A stretch of DNA of 64,000 nt from Desulfobacterales bacterium (GCA_963674885.2 CAXXEA010000003.1:3854984-3918983), one strand, 5' to 3'. Positions 30,161 to 39,789 are shown, counted from the stretch's first letter. A program made the numbers and translations. The notes: generated by a model from the letters alone, not told the origin.

Positions 30161-31423
30161 TTAATTACTTTTTATGATGTTAAAAAATAGGTCATCAAAT
30201 ATTTTGATAAGTTTTTTTATTTCATTTTCAGCATTTAATTTTTTGGAAGCTTCTTGTGAAGATAATTTCATTTTTACTACATCATCAAAAGTCAATTTGT
30301 TAAGTGTTTTTGTAATGTCAATTGCTTTAAATGATGGCGTTATAACGCCATTACAGCATTCATTTACAATTTTTACCATCTCTACAGATGGCCCTATAAT
30401 GATACCCAAGCCAGCTTGAATAAAATCAAAGAATTTATTAGGCAAACACATCCTTAGATTATAAGTTACAGGAGGGAAAATACACATTCCGATATCGTAT
30501 CGGCTTATAGTAGGAATTATATCATCTGTCGGTACTGGTTTATGAAAGTGTATTCTTTTTGGTGCAAGATCATTAGCCATTGACTTTAGTCTTTCATAAT
30601 ATTTTTCATCATGCACGATCAAATAGAAGTGAAGATGAAAGCGATCATCCGATAATGCAACGGACTCGATATATTTATCTAAATGCCTCCGTTCAATAGC
30701 AATGCCATGATGTACAATATGAATAACTTTTTTATCTGTTATTTTAGCATATGATTCAATCTTTTTTTCCGGTATATTTCTAATGATATGGGGAGATACG
30801 CCGAATTCTTCACGATAGCGTTTACCAATCATGGGTGCTACCGTTATAAATATATCGGTCAGAGGAATGTATTTTTTTAAAAAATATTTTCGGGTGGGAA
30901 GTTTTTTTAGTTTTTTAAAAAAGTTTCTATTTTGATCCAATGAGTATTCGTGGGCATCAAAGATTAAAAAAGCATTTTGGGTGAAAGCACTCTCAGCGGC
31001 GATAGGCAATGCATTCCAATCATTTGCAAGAAAAGCATCGCATTCTAATTTTAGGGATATTTTAAATGCCTCTTTGTATAAGTTGTTATTCCAGTATAGA
31101 TATTCACAAAGATGTTTGGAAAAGACAGAAAATATCTTTAAACGGTATAATATTGATAACCTTATCTTTTTAAAATCTCTTTTTAATAGTAATTTTTTGA
31201 TTCTAAAATATAAATTAGTAGTATCAATTTGTTGTTTCGTTTCGCTTTTTACTTTTTTTAAATCGTTCCAGTGTATGCGATATTTTCCTGATATTTTAGG
31301 GTTTTTACCATATCCTATAACGAATAATTCATAGAATTGCGAAAGATATTTAATTTGTCTTAAAACTCGCGCATCGCTTATAATTTCAGAAAATGATATT
31401 ATGCAAATTTTCTTATTATTCAA
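30161..31423 (-). CDS. GT-B-like glycosyltransferase
   Basis: 420 aa. N-terminus ICIISFSEIISDARVLRQIKYL and C-terminal LPNKFFDFIQAGLGIIIGP, paralogous in pattern to the 33578-34921 product. Confidence 0.55.
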   Translation of the reverse strand: MNNKKICIISFSEIISDARVLRQIKYLSQFYELFVIGYGKNPKISGKYRIHWNDLKKVKSETKQQIDTTNLYFRIKKLLLKRDFKKIRLSILYRLKIFSVFSKHLCEYLYWNNNLYKEAFKISLKLECDAFLANDWNALPIAAESAFTQNAFLIFDAHEYSLDQNRNFFKKLKKLPTRKYFLKKYIPLTDIFITVAPMIGKRYREEFGVSPHIIRNIPEKKIESYAKITDKKVIHIVHHGIAIERRHLDKYIESVALSDDRFHLHFYLIVHDEKYYERLKSMANDLAPKRIHFHKPVPTDDIIPTISRYDIGMCIFPPVTYNLRMCLPNKFFDFIQAGLGIIIGPSVEMVKIVNECCNGVITPSFKAIDITKTLNKLTFDDVVKMKLSSQEASKKLNAENEIKKLIKIFDDLFFNIIKSN

Positions 31424-31655
31424 AAATAGTATCTTTCTTCAGTTAACTAAAAAATAAAACTAAGCCGATGTTCGGCGGTGGAGGGCCCCAAAAAACTGGA
31501 CAATGCGCTAATATTTGAGTCCACTCTTTTGAGAGGAGATGATCATGAGTGAAAAACCGCAAATCCTTTTCACGCAATTTCAAGGCATCTGGAACAGGCA
31601 TGGATAGCCCCGCCTGACCATGCCCTCCCTTCTGGACGAAGGTTTTTGCTTCGCA

Positions 31656-33545
31656 CTAAAAAGATGTGTCATCATTTAATGCTTCTTCTGAATCACTTCT
31701 ATCTGTTTGCTCATTTTTTGATGATTCATTCCCAATGCTTTTTAAATATTCCAAATGGTTACTAAGATAAGTTCTATTTCCCATAAATATAAGGTCATTA
31801 TTTATAACTATAATAAATTTATTTTTTGTATTTAAGGACAATTTATCATATATGTTAACCATAGAATTTATAAAATTTGAATAGACTATAAGAATTCTAT
31901 TGCAATGTATATTGAAATATTTCTCATTAAACCTTGTGTCTAAACCAACAATGCTATCACTATCAAAAAGAATAATCGGTCGTGGATTTTGCAGAATGTA
32001 GAAAGAACTAATTGCAAAAATAAACTCTGGTGTTAATTTATTTTGGATCTCATCTGTGCATTCGGTTAGCAAACCATTTGGCAGTAAATTATATTCATCA
32101 AGCAACTGAAGATCGGATAAATAATTCTCTATTTTTGTATGATTACTACTGTTTGCGCATAACCCCATTGTATTTTCAGCTAATGTCATGCCATTAATAA
32201 GCTTAGATGCACCATGGAAATATATTTGTGAAGCATCGACATCATTATCTTTACCTAATAATTTTACTATCTCTCTTTTTATTTCAGCATATGATGTGTT
32301 TTTATCTTTAATATTATAGAAAAGAAATGACGGATATCCCATACGTATGCTAATTATATTTTCAGATGTTGGGAGCAATAATGAAGTGTTTGAAGATACT
32401 ACTGATAAATATTTGAAATCATCGTTTTTTGCTTTCAAATTATTGCAGCATTCGTTTTCAGTTGATGCGACATATTCTTTAAATACTCTTATCGATGGAT
32501 AAAACTTGCTAAAACTTATAATTAACATGGCTACCCTTTTCATGCTCTGCCCGGTGAATCTTAGGGACACTAGAAATACTACTATAGCAGTCCATGAAGA
32601 TGATTTAGTGGTAGTAGCCCATCCAAAATAGATAAAAAGTAACACCATGCAAAAAGTAAGAAAAATTTGACTAATAAAGTTACTTTGATAACCTGACAAC
32701 ATTCTCCCGTAATATGGATATAACAACTTATCTGTTTCTAAATCAAAAAATAAATTTTTAAATAATTTTTTTTCGAAATATGGGTTTTCGTTTTTTGTTA
32801 AACTATTATACAAATTTGATATTACTGGATTTAGATTGGTTATTCGTTTTAAATATTCGCCCTGGAATGTAGAAGCTTCTTTTCCTATTTTATATACAAA
32901 TGCAAAATAAATTAATGCAAACGGTGACAAAATAATAGTTGCTTTTATATTAATATATATCAGGATAAGTGATGAACCAACCAAGACCATGAGGGGATGT
33001 ATTATGTCAAGGATAGTCTTCACCGAAATTGAAACGTAATTTGCATAGATTGTAGGTAGATGTCGGCGGTCATGTTTATTAGTGAGAAATTTAATTTCTT
33101 TTGAAAAGGTGAAGAGTCGTTCTTTGGTGTAAGATTGAACTGATCTTGCCATAACATCTTTGTGATAATCGCGCGACAAATTTAAGATTTCTTTTTGAGC
33201 CCAATACGTAATATAAGCGCTAGCATAACCGAAAAATAGCGCTAAAAAACCAAATAATATAAGACCTTCAACACCACCTATAATTGGTATTTCGAAACCC
33301 TTAATTTTTAGGGCTTTCCCATCAATTTGGTTTTTCGCGAACCCTATCAAAATTCCGAAGGCAATTGCTGCGGTAAAAGTTCCAATAAAGTTAGCAACAA
33401 TAATGGTTATTACTTTTTTCCAACGATTTTTTACGGCATCCTTAAAAAGCCATAAGGAAAAACTAAAAAACCGCAAAATAGTTTCAATATATTTTTTAAA
33501 AAAACCGATTAATTTCACACTAAAAAACCTAATAAATAGCTGCAT
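31656..33545 (-). CDS. ABC-exporter-like membrane protein with a degenerate nucleotide-binding domain
   Basis: 629 aa. The N-terminal ~330 aa carry about 6 TM helices. The C-terminal ~280 aa align by eye with an ABC NBD, but there is no G-x4-GK[ST] Walker A anywhere. The signature/Walker B region reads LTPEFIFAISSFYILQNPRPIILFDSDSIVGLD. Confidence 0.55.
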   Translation of the reverse strand: MQLFIRFFSVKLIGFFKKYIETILRFFSFSLWLFKDAVKNRWKKVITIIVANFIGTFTAAIAFGILIGFAKNQIDGKALKIKGFEIPIIGGVEGLILFGFLALFFGYASAYITYWAQKEILNLSRDYHKDVMARSVQSYTKERLFTFSKEIKFLTNKHDRRHLPTIYANYVSISVKTILDIIHPLMVLVGSSLILIYINIKATIILSPFALIYFAFVYKIGKEASTFQGEYLKRITNLNPVISNLYNSLTKNENPYFEKKLFKNLFFDLETDKLLYPYYGRMLSGYQSNFISQIFLTFCMVLLFIYFGWATTTKSSSWTAIVVFLVSLRFTGQSMKRVAMLIISFSKFYPSIRVFKEYVASTENECCNNLKAKNDDFKYLSVVSSNTSLLLPTSENIISIRMGYPSFLFYNIKDKNTSYAEIKREIVKLLGKDNDVDASQIYFHGASKLINGMTLAENTMGLCANSSNHTKIENYLSDLQLLDEYNLLPNGLLTECTDEIQNKLTPEFIFAISSFYILQNPRPIILFDSDSIVGLDTRFNEKYFNIHCNRILIVYSNFINSMVNIYDKLSLNTKNKFIIVINNDLIFMGNRTYLSNHLEYLKSIGNESSKNEQTDRSDSEEALNDDTSF

Positions 33546-33577
33546 TAGTTTATTGACATTTATTCATTATTTTGTGT

Positions 33578-34921
33578 TTATTGTTTATAAACGTTGTATA
33601 ACAATTTTTTTTCTTGTTTTTTCCATGAAAATTTCGACAATATTTCTTCTCTGCTATTGAGAATGTTTTGTTTATAGATGTTGTTTTGCAAAATTTCTCT
33701 AATAGCTTTTATTATTGATTCAGATGAATTTGGGTCGAATAAGACTCCAATCTGGTATTTTTCAATTATGCTTCGCATTTCCGGAAAATCGCTGCATGCA
33801 ATTGGTGTTAATGCAGTTACTGCCTCAAACAATTTGTTTGGTGAACAAAAATAATAACTCAAGCATACATTTTCTATAGGAATGATAGCACAATCTGCTG
33901 TAGCAATATAAGATGCTACTTCATTACTAGGAACAGGTGGAATTAAATGAACCCTGTCATTAATTTCCAAAGACTCAATAGATTTTTTTATGCTTGTTAC
34001 GTAAGAAATGTTGCCATATCCCATCATCACAAAATGCACACCAGTTAAACATTGCATAACTGATAATATTTTTTCTATCCCTCTGTTAAAAGTGATAGCT
34101 CCTGTATATATCATTATTTGTTCATCTTTTTTTACATTAATAATAGCTCTCAAATTACGATTCGAAACAGAATTATTATTGGGTATATTATGAATCACTA
34201 AGGGCTCATCAATATGATATATATTTGCTAAATATTTTGCTATAGACTTATTAACAGTAATTACTTTATCAACTCTATTGATTAGCAATTTTTCAACCGT
34301 TATTCTCCACTTTTTTTCTGATGGGGTATATTTTTTATATCTATTTCGCTCCAAATACAATTCATGAGAATCATATACTATCTTTATATTTTTCAGTTTA
34401 GATGAAAAGAACGGGCCGATTAATGAATTAAGATCGTGGGCGTGAACGATATCAAATTTATTAAACAATATGTAGAAAAATACTTTTAGGTTATAATCTA
34501 AAATAGAAAATAGTCGAATGTAATCATAGAACTTATTTTGATTTTGATCTTTATTTTTAAATATATTTTTTGAATTCTCTATAAATTTAAGTAACATTAT
34601 TTTTAAAATATATTTAATGTCAAATTTCTGTTTTTGGAATATATTAAAGTAATTGATCGTTTTTAAAATAAAGAAAATGGGCAATAAAAATGGCAAAATA
34701 AAATAAAGTAACAACTTATTAACATAGTATTTAAAGCTATGAACATTAAATCTATGAACATGAATTCCTTCAATAGTTTCTTTTCTTTCAGTATCTTCCG
34801 ATTTAATTGCTATAATTGTCACATGATAATCATTATTTTTTAGGCTTAATGCTTCTTTTAAGACACGCGAATCGTTTCTAAAATTATTGTAAACGGTCAT
34901 TAATACTTTCAACAGATACAA
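33578..34921 (-). CDS. GT-B glycosyltransferase
   Basis: 447 aa. N-terminus NNFRNDSRVLKEALSL and C-terminal SPNKLFEAVTALTPIACSDFPEM. Confidence 0.7.
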   Translation of the reverse strand: MYLLKVLMTVYNNFRNDSRVLKEALSLKNNDYHVTIIAIKSEDTERKETIEGIHVHRFNVHSFKYYVNKLLLYFILPFLLPIFFILKTINYFNIFQKQKFDIKYILKIMLLKFIENSKNIFKNKDQNQNKFYDYIRLFSILDYNLKVFFYILFNKFDIVHAHDLNSLIGPFFSSKLKNIKIVYDSHELYLERNRYKKYTPSEKKWRITVEKLLINRVDKVITVNKSIAKYLANIYHIDEPLVIHNIPNNNSVSNRNLRAIINVKKDEQIMIYTGAITFNRGIEKILSVMQCLTGVHFVMMGYGNISYVTSIKKSIESLEINDRVHLIPPVPSNEVASYIATADCAIIPIENVCLSYYFCSPNKLFEAVTALTPIACSDFPEMRSIIEKYQIGVLFDPNSSESIIKAIREILQNNIYKQNILNSREEILSKFSWKKQEKKLLYNVYKQ

Positions 34922-35067
34922 CCTCCAACAGTGGCTTCCTTCTCTGGCTAAATATTAAGTCTTGCGACCATAATTAAGCTATCGCGATGCCCCCCCCTCA
35001 AAATATACAAAAAAAATTTGCAGGTTACGGCGCGTGTCAATGAGAATGAGACACCATGGCGAATAAA

Positions 35068-35617
35068 TTAGACTCTCATATTTTCAGTCGAAGGCGGATT
35101 GATCCAAACTGCCTTCGGTAGGGTATCAAGAACCGGGGTTTTGTTTTTAAACCGGTTCGGATGTCGTTCGAATGCTGCGCAGAGAACTGATTCCCGGTGC
35201 CGAGAGACTTTTTGGTCCACTCCATATTGACCTGCTCGGGAGTCATCAGCGCAATGCCGCTGTGGCGATGTTCTTTGTTATACTAGGGGAAAAAGTCCTG
35301 GCAGAAAGCCCGACTGCCCTCGATGGCGCCAAAGCGTTGGGGGAACTGCGGGCAATACTTGAGCGTTCGGAACTGGGCGAGTAAGGGTTGTCATTACTGA
35401 CATGCGGGCGGCTATGGGTCTTGGTGACACCCAGGTCCGCCAGCAATTGGGCCACCACCTTGGATTTCATGCTTGATCCGCGGTCCGCGTGAAGTGTCAG
35501 TTGGCCGGGGGCGATGTCCTGCTTCAGGAAACTTTGTTCGATCAGGCGTTTGGCCAGGGCCTGTTGTTCCCGATGGGCGACCATCCAGCCGACGACGTAA
35601 CGGCTGAAGATGTCTTA
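35068..35617 (-). pseudogene. Decayed, 5'-truncated IS3-family transposase (OrfB/rve) remnant
   Basis: Minus-strand reading gives DIFSRYVVGWMVAH ... HADRGSSMKSKVVAQLLADLGVTKTHSRPHVSNDNPYS. The frame then shifts to FRTLKYCPQFPQRFGAIEGSRAFCQDFFP*YNKEHRHSGIALMTPEQV, which has a TAG where W is expected. A second shift leads to AFERHPNRFKNKTPVLDTLPKAVWINPP. The N-terminal part is absent. Confidence 0.8.
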
Positions 35618-35625
35618 CCTATCCA

Positions 35626-37026
35626 TTAATACCGAATCAAGCCAATAATACGAGATTTCCAATCTGTGTATGGAGAGCCGTGGTAATCTTCAATTTCACA
35701 CCAAATGGCAAATAATCCGACTTTGCCTGGATCAACTAAAAATGGGCGAGCGTGATGCAGACCTAATTTAGGAACTTTCAATATCTTTGATAGTTCCCAA
35801 CCTTTCTTTTTGCGTACAAAAACACATGGGAATGACCCATTTCCATATTCTGCTCCTATGAAACCCAATACTTTTTTTTCATCGTCTGGATAAATTGAAG
35901 CCATGTTAACATAATGGAAGCTAGTAGTTTCACTAATACTTTCAGTTTTCCACTCGCCGTTTGAAAAGAAATGAATGTTTATAACCTTTTTACTTTTACT
36001 GGGATGTTCTGCTAAGCTAGCCCTTCCTACCTCATTAATACTTATAATTCTTGGTCCATCTATGTAGTCTTTGATATCTGAGATATAAGTCCAGTCTTCC
36101 TTCCCTATGGTTGATTCAGATTTAAACACAAGATCCGCATCGTTAAGTTCGAAAGGCGGCTTACCTAATGATTTGCCATCAGCTTTAAAGCATGTGTTAG
36201 ATAATGTGTCCATTTTTAAATAGTACAAATCTCGGTAACGCCAAACACCCTTAGAAGGATTATCGTAGTCAATTCTATTTAAAGCAATATGAATAGTATT
36301 ATCTTTATGACCTGCTGCAACAGAGATGTAAATAGCGTCGTCTGTTCCGTCTTTAGTGTCGGTTAGCAGATTAGGATTACTCCAATTTTGCCCTCCGTCA
36401 TCACTGGTCCAAAAATAAAAAGTAGCACGACTGTTTGGCGCAAATCTTGAAAGTCTGCAAAAAAGGTAAATGCGTCCATTCGCCATTTCCAACAACCTTG
36501 GATAAGTTGCTAATGATTTACGGATAACAACAGGAGGATCCCATTCATCTATATGTTGAATGTACTTACTTCTTTTTACTTGCAGTCTGCCCCTATGCTC
36601 TGCTGCAGCAACCAATAGCTTACCATTATTAGTTTCGTTCTCACCATGCTGATTTTTTAATATAATAATTGATGGATTCGCATGATCATCACCGAGCATA
36701 TTACCTGCTGAATTATACCCCCAATTATTCCATAAAATTACAGGGTTTGAAATATAACGTTTTTTATTATCATAAAAGCGAAGATCTATAGTATTTTTTG
36801 AAGTATAATAACCAAAGTAGGTTCTATCTTTAAACGCTACAATAGGATAAGATCCAGAAGGACTCATCGTAAGGATCCCATCGTTTGCGAGTAGAATAGT
36901 TTTTAATTGTCTGGCACCCTGATGTTCCATTAAATCACTACCTTTTGCAGAATAAAAATTAAAAAAAGGAAGGATAATAATGAAAAAAAAGAAAAATTTA
37001 CTTTTATAATGATTAAGTTTATTCAT
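35626..37026 (-). CDS. Secreted BNR/Asp-box beta-propeller-like protein (possible glycan hydrolase/lyase)
   Basis: 466 aa with a signal-peptide-like N-terminus (KFFFFFIIILPFFNFYSAKG) and an Asp-box (WTSDDGGQNWS). AT-rich like the glycan island. Confidence 0.5.
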   Translation of the reverse strand: MNKLNHYKSKFFFFFIIILPFFNFYSAKGSDLMEHQGARQLKTILLANDGILTMSPSGSYPIVAFKDRTYFGYYTSKNTIDLRFYDNKKRYISNPVILWNNWGYNSAGNMLGDDHANPSIIILKNQHGENETNNGKLLVAAAEHRGRLQVKRSKYIQHIDEWDPPVVIRKSLATYPRLLEMANGRIYLFCRLSRFAPNSRATFYFWTSDDGGQNWSNPNLLTDTKDGTDDAIYISVAAGHKDNTIHIALNRIDYDNPSKGVWRYRDLYYLKMDTLSNTCFKADGKSLGKPPFELNDADLVFKSESTIGKEDWTYISDIKDYIDGPRIISINEVGRASLAEHPSKSKKVINIHFFSNGEWKTESISETTSFHYVNMASIYPDDEKKVLGFIGAEYGNGSFPCVFVRKKKGWELSKILKVPKLGLHHARPFLVDPGKVGLFAIWCEIEDYHGSPYTDWKSRIIGLIRY

Positions 37027-37044
37027 TTGTAATTCTCAAATATG

Positions 37045-37721
37045 TTGTAATCATCGATCTTTGCAGCCATCAGGTTTATGTAGAGGCCCAGCGCACTAAA
37101 GCCGATCGTCAGGTCGCCGGCAGTCTGCTGAGCTGCTGGAAAGTCGTGGGTCTGCCGGACTTTCTGCTCCTTGATAACGAATTGAGTTTTCGCGGCAACA
37201 ACCGCTATCCGCGCGCGCCGGGCCTGGTCATCCGGTTGTGTTTGCACTTTGGCGTTACGCCCGTGTTCATACCGGTCTCGGAACCCTGGCGCAACGGCGT
37301 GATCGAGAGCTTCAACGACACATACAACAAGAAATTTTTCCGTCGCCAATGGTTTAAAAGCTATGCCCAGTTAAAAAGACAATGCAAAAATTTCCAGACG
37401 TTCCACAACAACCATCACCGCTATAGCTGTTTGAAAGGCAAAACGCCGATGGCGGTTGTGGCTAAAGCGCAGTTGCCGATACTGAAACTGGGGGCCAATA
37501 CGAAAATACCGATCCGTGAGGACATTCCCGATGGCAATATCATTTTGATCCGATTTATCCGCAGCAATCGCATCCTCAACATTTTCGGCGAACGATTCAA
37601 AGTATCAAAGGATCTGGTTTATTCGTATGTGAAAACCGTCATCGTCACCGAGATCCACACATTGCAGCTCTATCTCGGTGAAGAACTGGTAACAGCATTT
37701 GACTACAAGCTGCGTGATTGA
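37045..37721 (+). pseudogene. 5'-truncated DDE (rve/integrase-core) transposase remnant
   Basis: The open frame has no plausible start: IIDLCSHQVYVEAQRTKADRQVAGSLLSCWKVVGLPDFLLLDNELSFRG ... PVSEPWRNGVIESFN ... HNNHHRYSCLKGKTP. The DDE core is recognisable, but the N-terminal DNA-binding part is missing. Confidence 0.7.
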
Positions 37722-37948
37722 CCAAGTAAAAATAGTACCGGGTCATCAATGTCGTGACCCTTTTTACCCTTAGACTCGGGTCACCGATGTCTTGGACTTT
37801 GGCACCCAATGGTTGAAAAAAGGACAATCAGGCTTTCTTCATTGTTGTTCGCCAAAACTTCAATGATAAGCTGAGGGAGGGGAGAGTGGATCGGCAAGGC
37901 CGTGGTGTGCGAGGGCGGAGGTCGTGAGACCTCCCCCTATCTCGATTT

Positions 37949-39574
37949 TTAATTGTCTATTGTACACACAGCATTTATGTTTTGGGTTGTACCATCCTGA
38001 AGTCTAACCTGAGCAGATATGGTGTGAGATCCATTGCTTAACTGATTAGTGTTGAACGGTAAACCCAAATCATAGGGAACGGTGCTTTCCGTATTGTGAG
38101 TTTGCCCGTCAACCGAAAAAGTCACTCGGGAGACGGATGATGCATCTAAATTGAGAAAAATGTAAACGTTACCTGAAATCGACTGACCATTTAGGTCAAC
38201 GGCTCCAGAACGATTAGAATAACGACTTAACATCAAACGGTAAGGCTCAGTATTAGTAGATGCCGTAGCCGTAATATTTGAGACTGTACACACAGCATTT
38301 ATGTTTTGAGTTGTACCATCCTGAAGTCTAACCTGAGCAGATATGGTGTGAGATCCATTGCTTAACTGATTAGTGTTGAACGGTAAACCCAAATCATAGG
38401 GAACGGTGCTTTCCGTATTGTGAGTTTGCCCGTCAACCGAAAAAGTCACTCGGGAGACGGATGATGCATCTAAATTGAGAAAAATGTAAACGTTACCTGA
38501 AATCGACTGACCATTTAGGTTAACGGCTCCAGAACGATTAGAATAACGACTTAACATCAAACGGTAAGGCTCAGTATTAGTAGATGCCGTAGCCGTAATA
38601 TTTGAGACTGTACACACAGCATTTATGTTTTGGGTTGTACCATCCTGAAGTCTAACCTGAGCAGATATGGTGTGAGATCCATTGCTTAACTGATTAGTGT
38701 TGAACGGTAAACCCAAATCATAGGGAACGGTGCTTTCCGTATTGTGAGTTTGCCCGTCAACCGAAAAAGTCACTCGGGAGACGGATGATGCATCTAAATT
38801 GAGAAAAATGTAAACGTTACCTGAAATCGACTGACCATTTAGGTCAACGGCTCCAGAACGATTAGAATAACGACTTAACATCAAACGGTAAGGCTCAGTA
38901 TTAGTAGATGCCGTAGCCGTAATATTTGAGACTGTACACACAGCATTTATGTTTTGAGTTGTACCATCCTGAAGTCTAACCTGAGCAGATATGGTGTGAG
39001 ATCCATTGCTTAAGGTCGATGTATCAAAGGGTTCTCCCAAGTCATATGGCGCATAATTTTCAGTATTGTGGGTCTGACCATCGATAGAAAAGACCACCTG
39101 CGAAACATAGGCTTCCGGATCCAGAAAAATATAGACACCGCTGGATATAGTCTGGCCATTCAGCTCAACAGCATTGGAACGATCGGAACGGGTGCTGAGT
39201 AGCAGTCGGTAAGGTTCCGTCACTGGATTGGAAGATGTCGCATTGGCAGTCACCTCCGAAGAATAACCACTTTCGTTGCCGGATGTGTCCCTTGCAGTAA
39301 CAGAGAAATAATAGGTGGCGCCTTCCGTCAAATTGTCGACCGTATGAGAGGTGGCATTACCCACCGGAATCGGCAAACCGTAATTTCTCGAGGAGGTCCC
39401 GTAGTAGATATTATACCCTGAAATATCCGGCTCATTGTTGGCCTGCCAGCGTAGGGATACCGAAGCTGAGAACGCAACCGCCGGAGCCAAAATGAGAACC
39501 AGAATGATTAAAAGGCTTTTCGCTTGACTTATATGCATATTGATTATCCTTGGCAAAATCTTTGTTTGAGACAC
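37949..39574 (-). CDS. Secreted FN3-domain protein with four tandem 108-aa beta-sandwich (Ig-like) repeats
   Basis: 541 aa. Signal/anchor segment (LLIILVLILAPAVAFS), an FN3 domain (SLRWQANNEPDISGYNIYYG ... YYFSVTARDTSGNESGYS), then 4 repeats of TEPYRL-LSR ... SNGSHTISAQVRLQDGTTQNINAVCTVSN. Confidence 0.8.
   Translation of the reverse strand: MSQTKILPRIINMHISQAKSLLIILVLILAPAVAFSASVSLRWQANNEPDISGYNIYYGTSSRNYGLPIPVGNATSHTVDNLTEGATYYFSVTARDTSGNESGYSSEVTANATSSNPVTEPYRLLLSTRSDRSNAVELNGQTISSGVYIFLDPEAYVSQVVFSIDGQTHNTENYAPYDLGEPFDTSTLSNGSHTISAQVRLQDGTTQNINAVCTVSNITATASTNTEPYRLMLSRYSNRSGAVDLNGQSISGNVYIFLNLDASSVSRVTFSVDGQTHNTESTVPYDLGLPFNTNQLSNGSHTISAQVRLQDGTTQNINAVCTVSNITATASTNTEPYRLMLSRYSNRSGAVNLNGQSISGNVYIFLNLDASSVSRVTFSVDGQTHNTESTVPYDLGLPFNTNQLSNGSHTISAQVRLQDGTTQNINAVCTVSNITATASTNTEPYRLMLSRYSNRSGAVDLNGQSISGNVYIFLNLDASSVSRVTFSVDGQTHNTESTVPYDLGLPFNTNQLSNGSHTISAQVRLQDGTTQNINAVCTIDN
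37961..38932. repeat. Three near-identical 324-bp in-frame tandem repeats
   Basis: Units start at 37961, 38285 and 38609. By eye, copies 1 and 3 are identical and copy 2 differs at 2 positions. A fourth unit from 38933 shares only its first ~80 nt. Confidence 0.95.
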
Positions 39575-39789
39575 AAAACTCCAAAATCGTTTTAAACAAT
39601 AGAAGCAAAGGCCATGCCGGATATCCCAAATTTTTGATAGGTTGAATTTATTGATGATTCTTTAACGCCAATTCGAGTGGTGTTCACTTTAGTATTATCA
39701 TCAGCAACATTGTGCACAATTTTCTGCTGGGACCGAACCATCCAATTCGTCGGGGTTCGATAAAGCCCTATTTACTGCTCAGGGGTGGA

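Noticed and set aside
31539-31607. 22-codon mini-ORF with a good ribosome-binding-like site in the GC-normal patch
   Set aside because: It is too short, with no recognisable family. It is mentioned only as part of the scar finding, not called as a CDS.
37023-37349. 108-aa minus-strand ORF overlapping the start of the BNR gene
   Set aside because: It is the antisense shadow of the plus-strand rve transposase remnant, whose DDE-core translation is recognisable.
37880-37950. Hairpin ggaggtc-gtga-gacctcc near the stop of the repeat-protein gene, considered as a terminator
   Set aside because: No T-tract directly follows it on either strand, and it lies downstream of a dead transposase fragment. 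There is not enough support for a terminator call.
37961-39230. Regularly spaced repeats that could suggest a CRISPR array
   Set aside because: The 324-bp units are contiguous with no spacers, lie in frame inside a long ORF and encode repeated protein domains. No cas genes are present.
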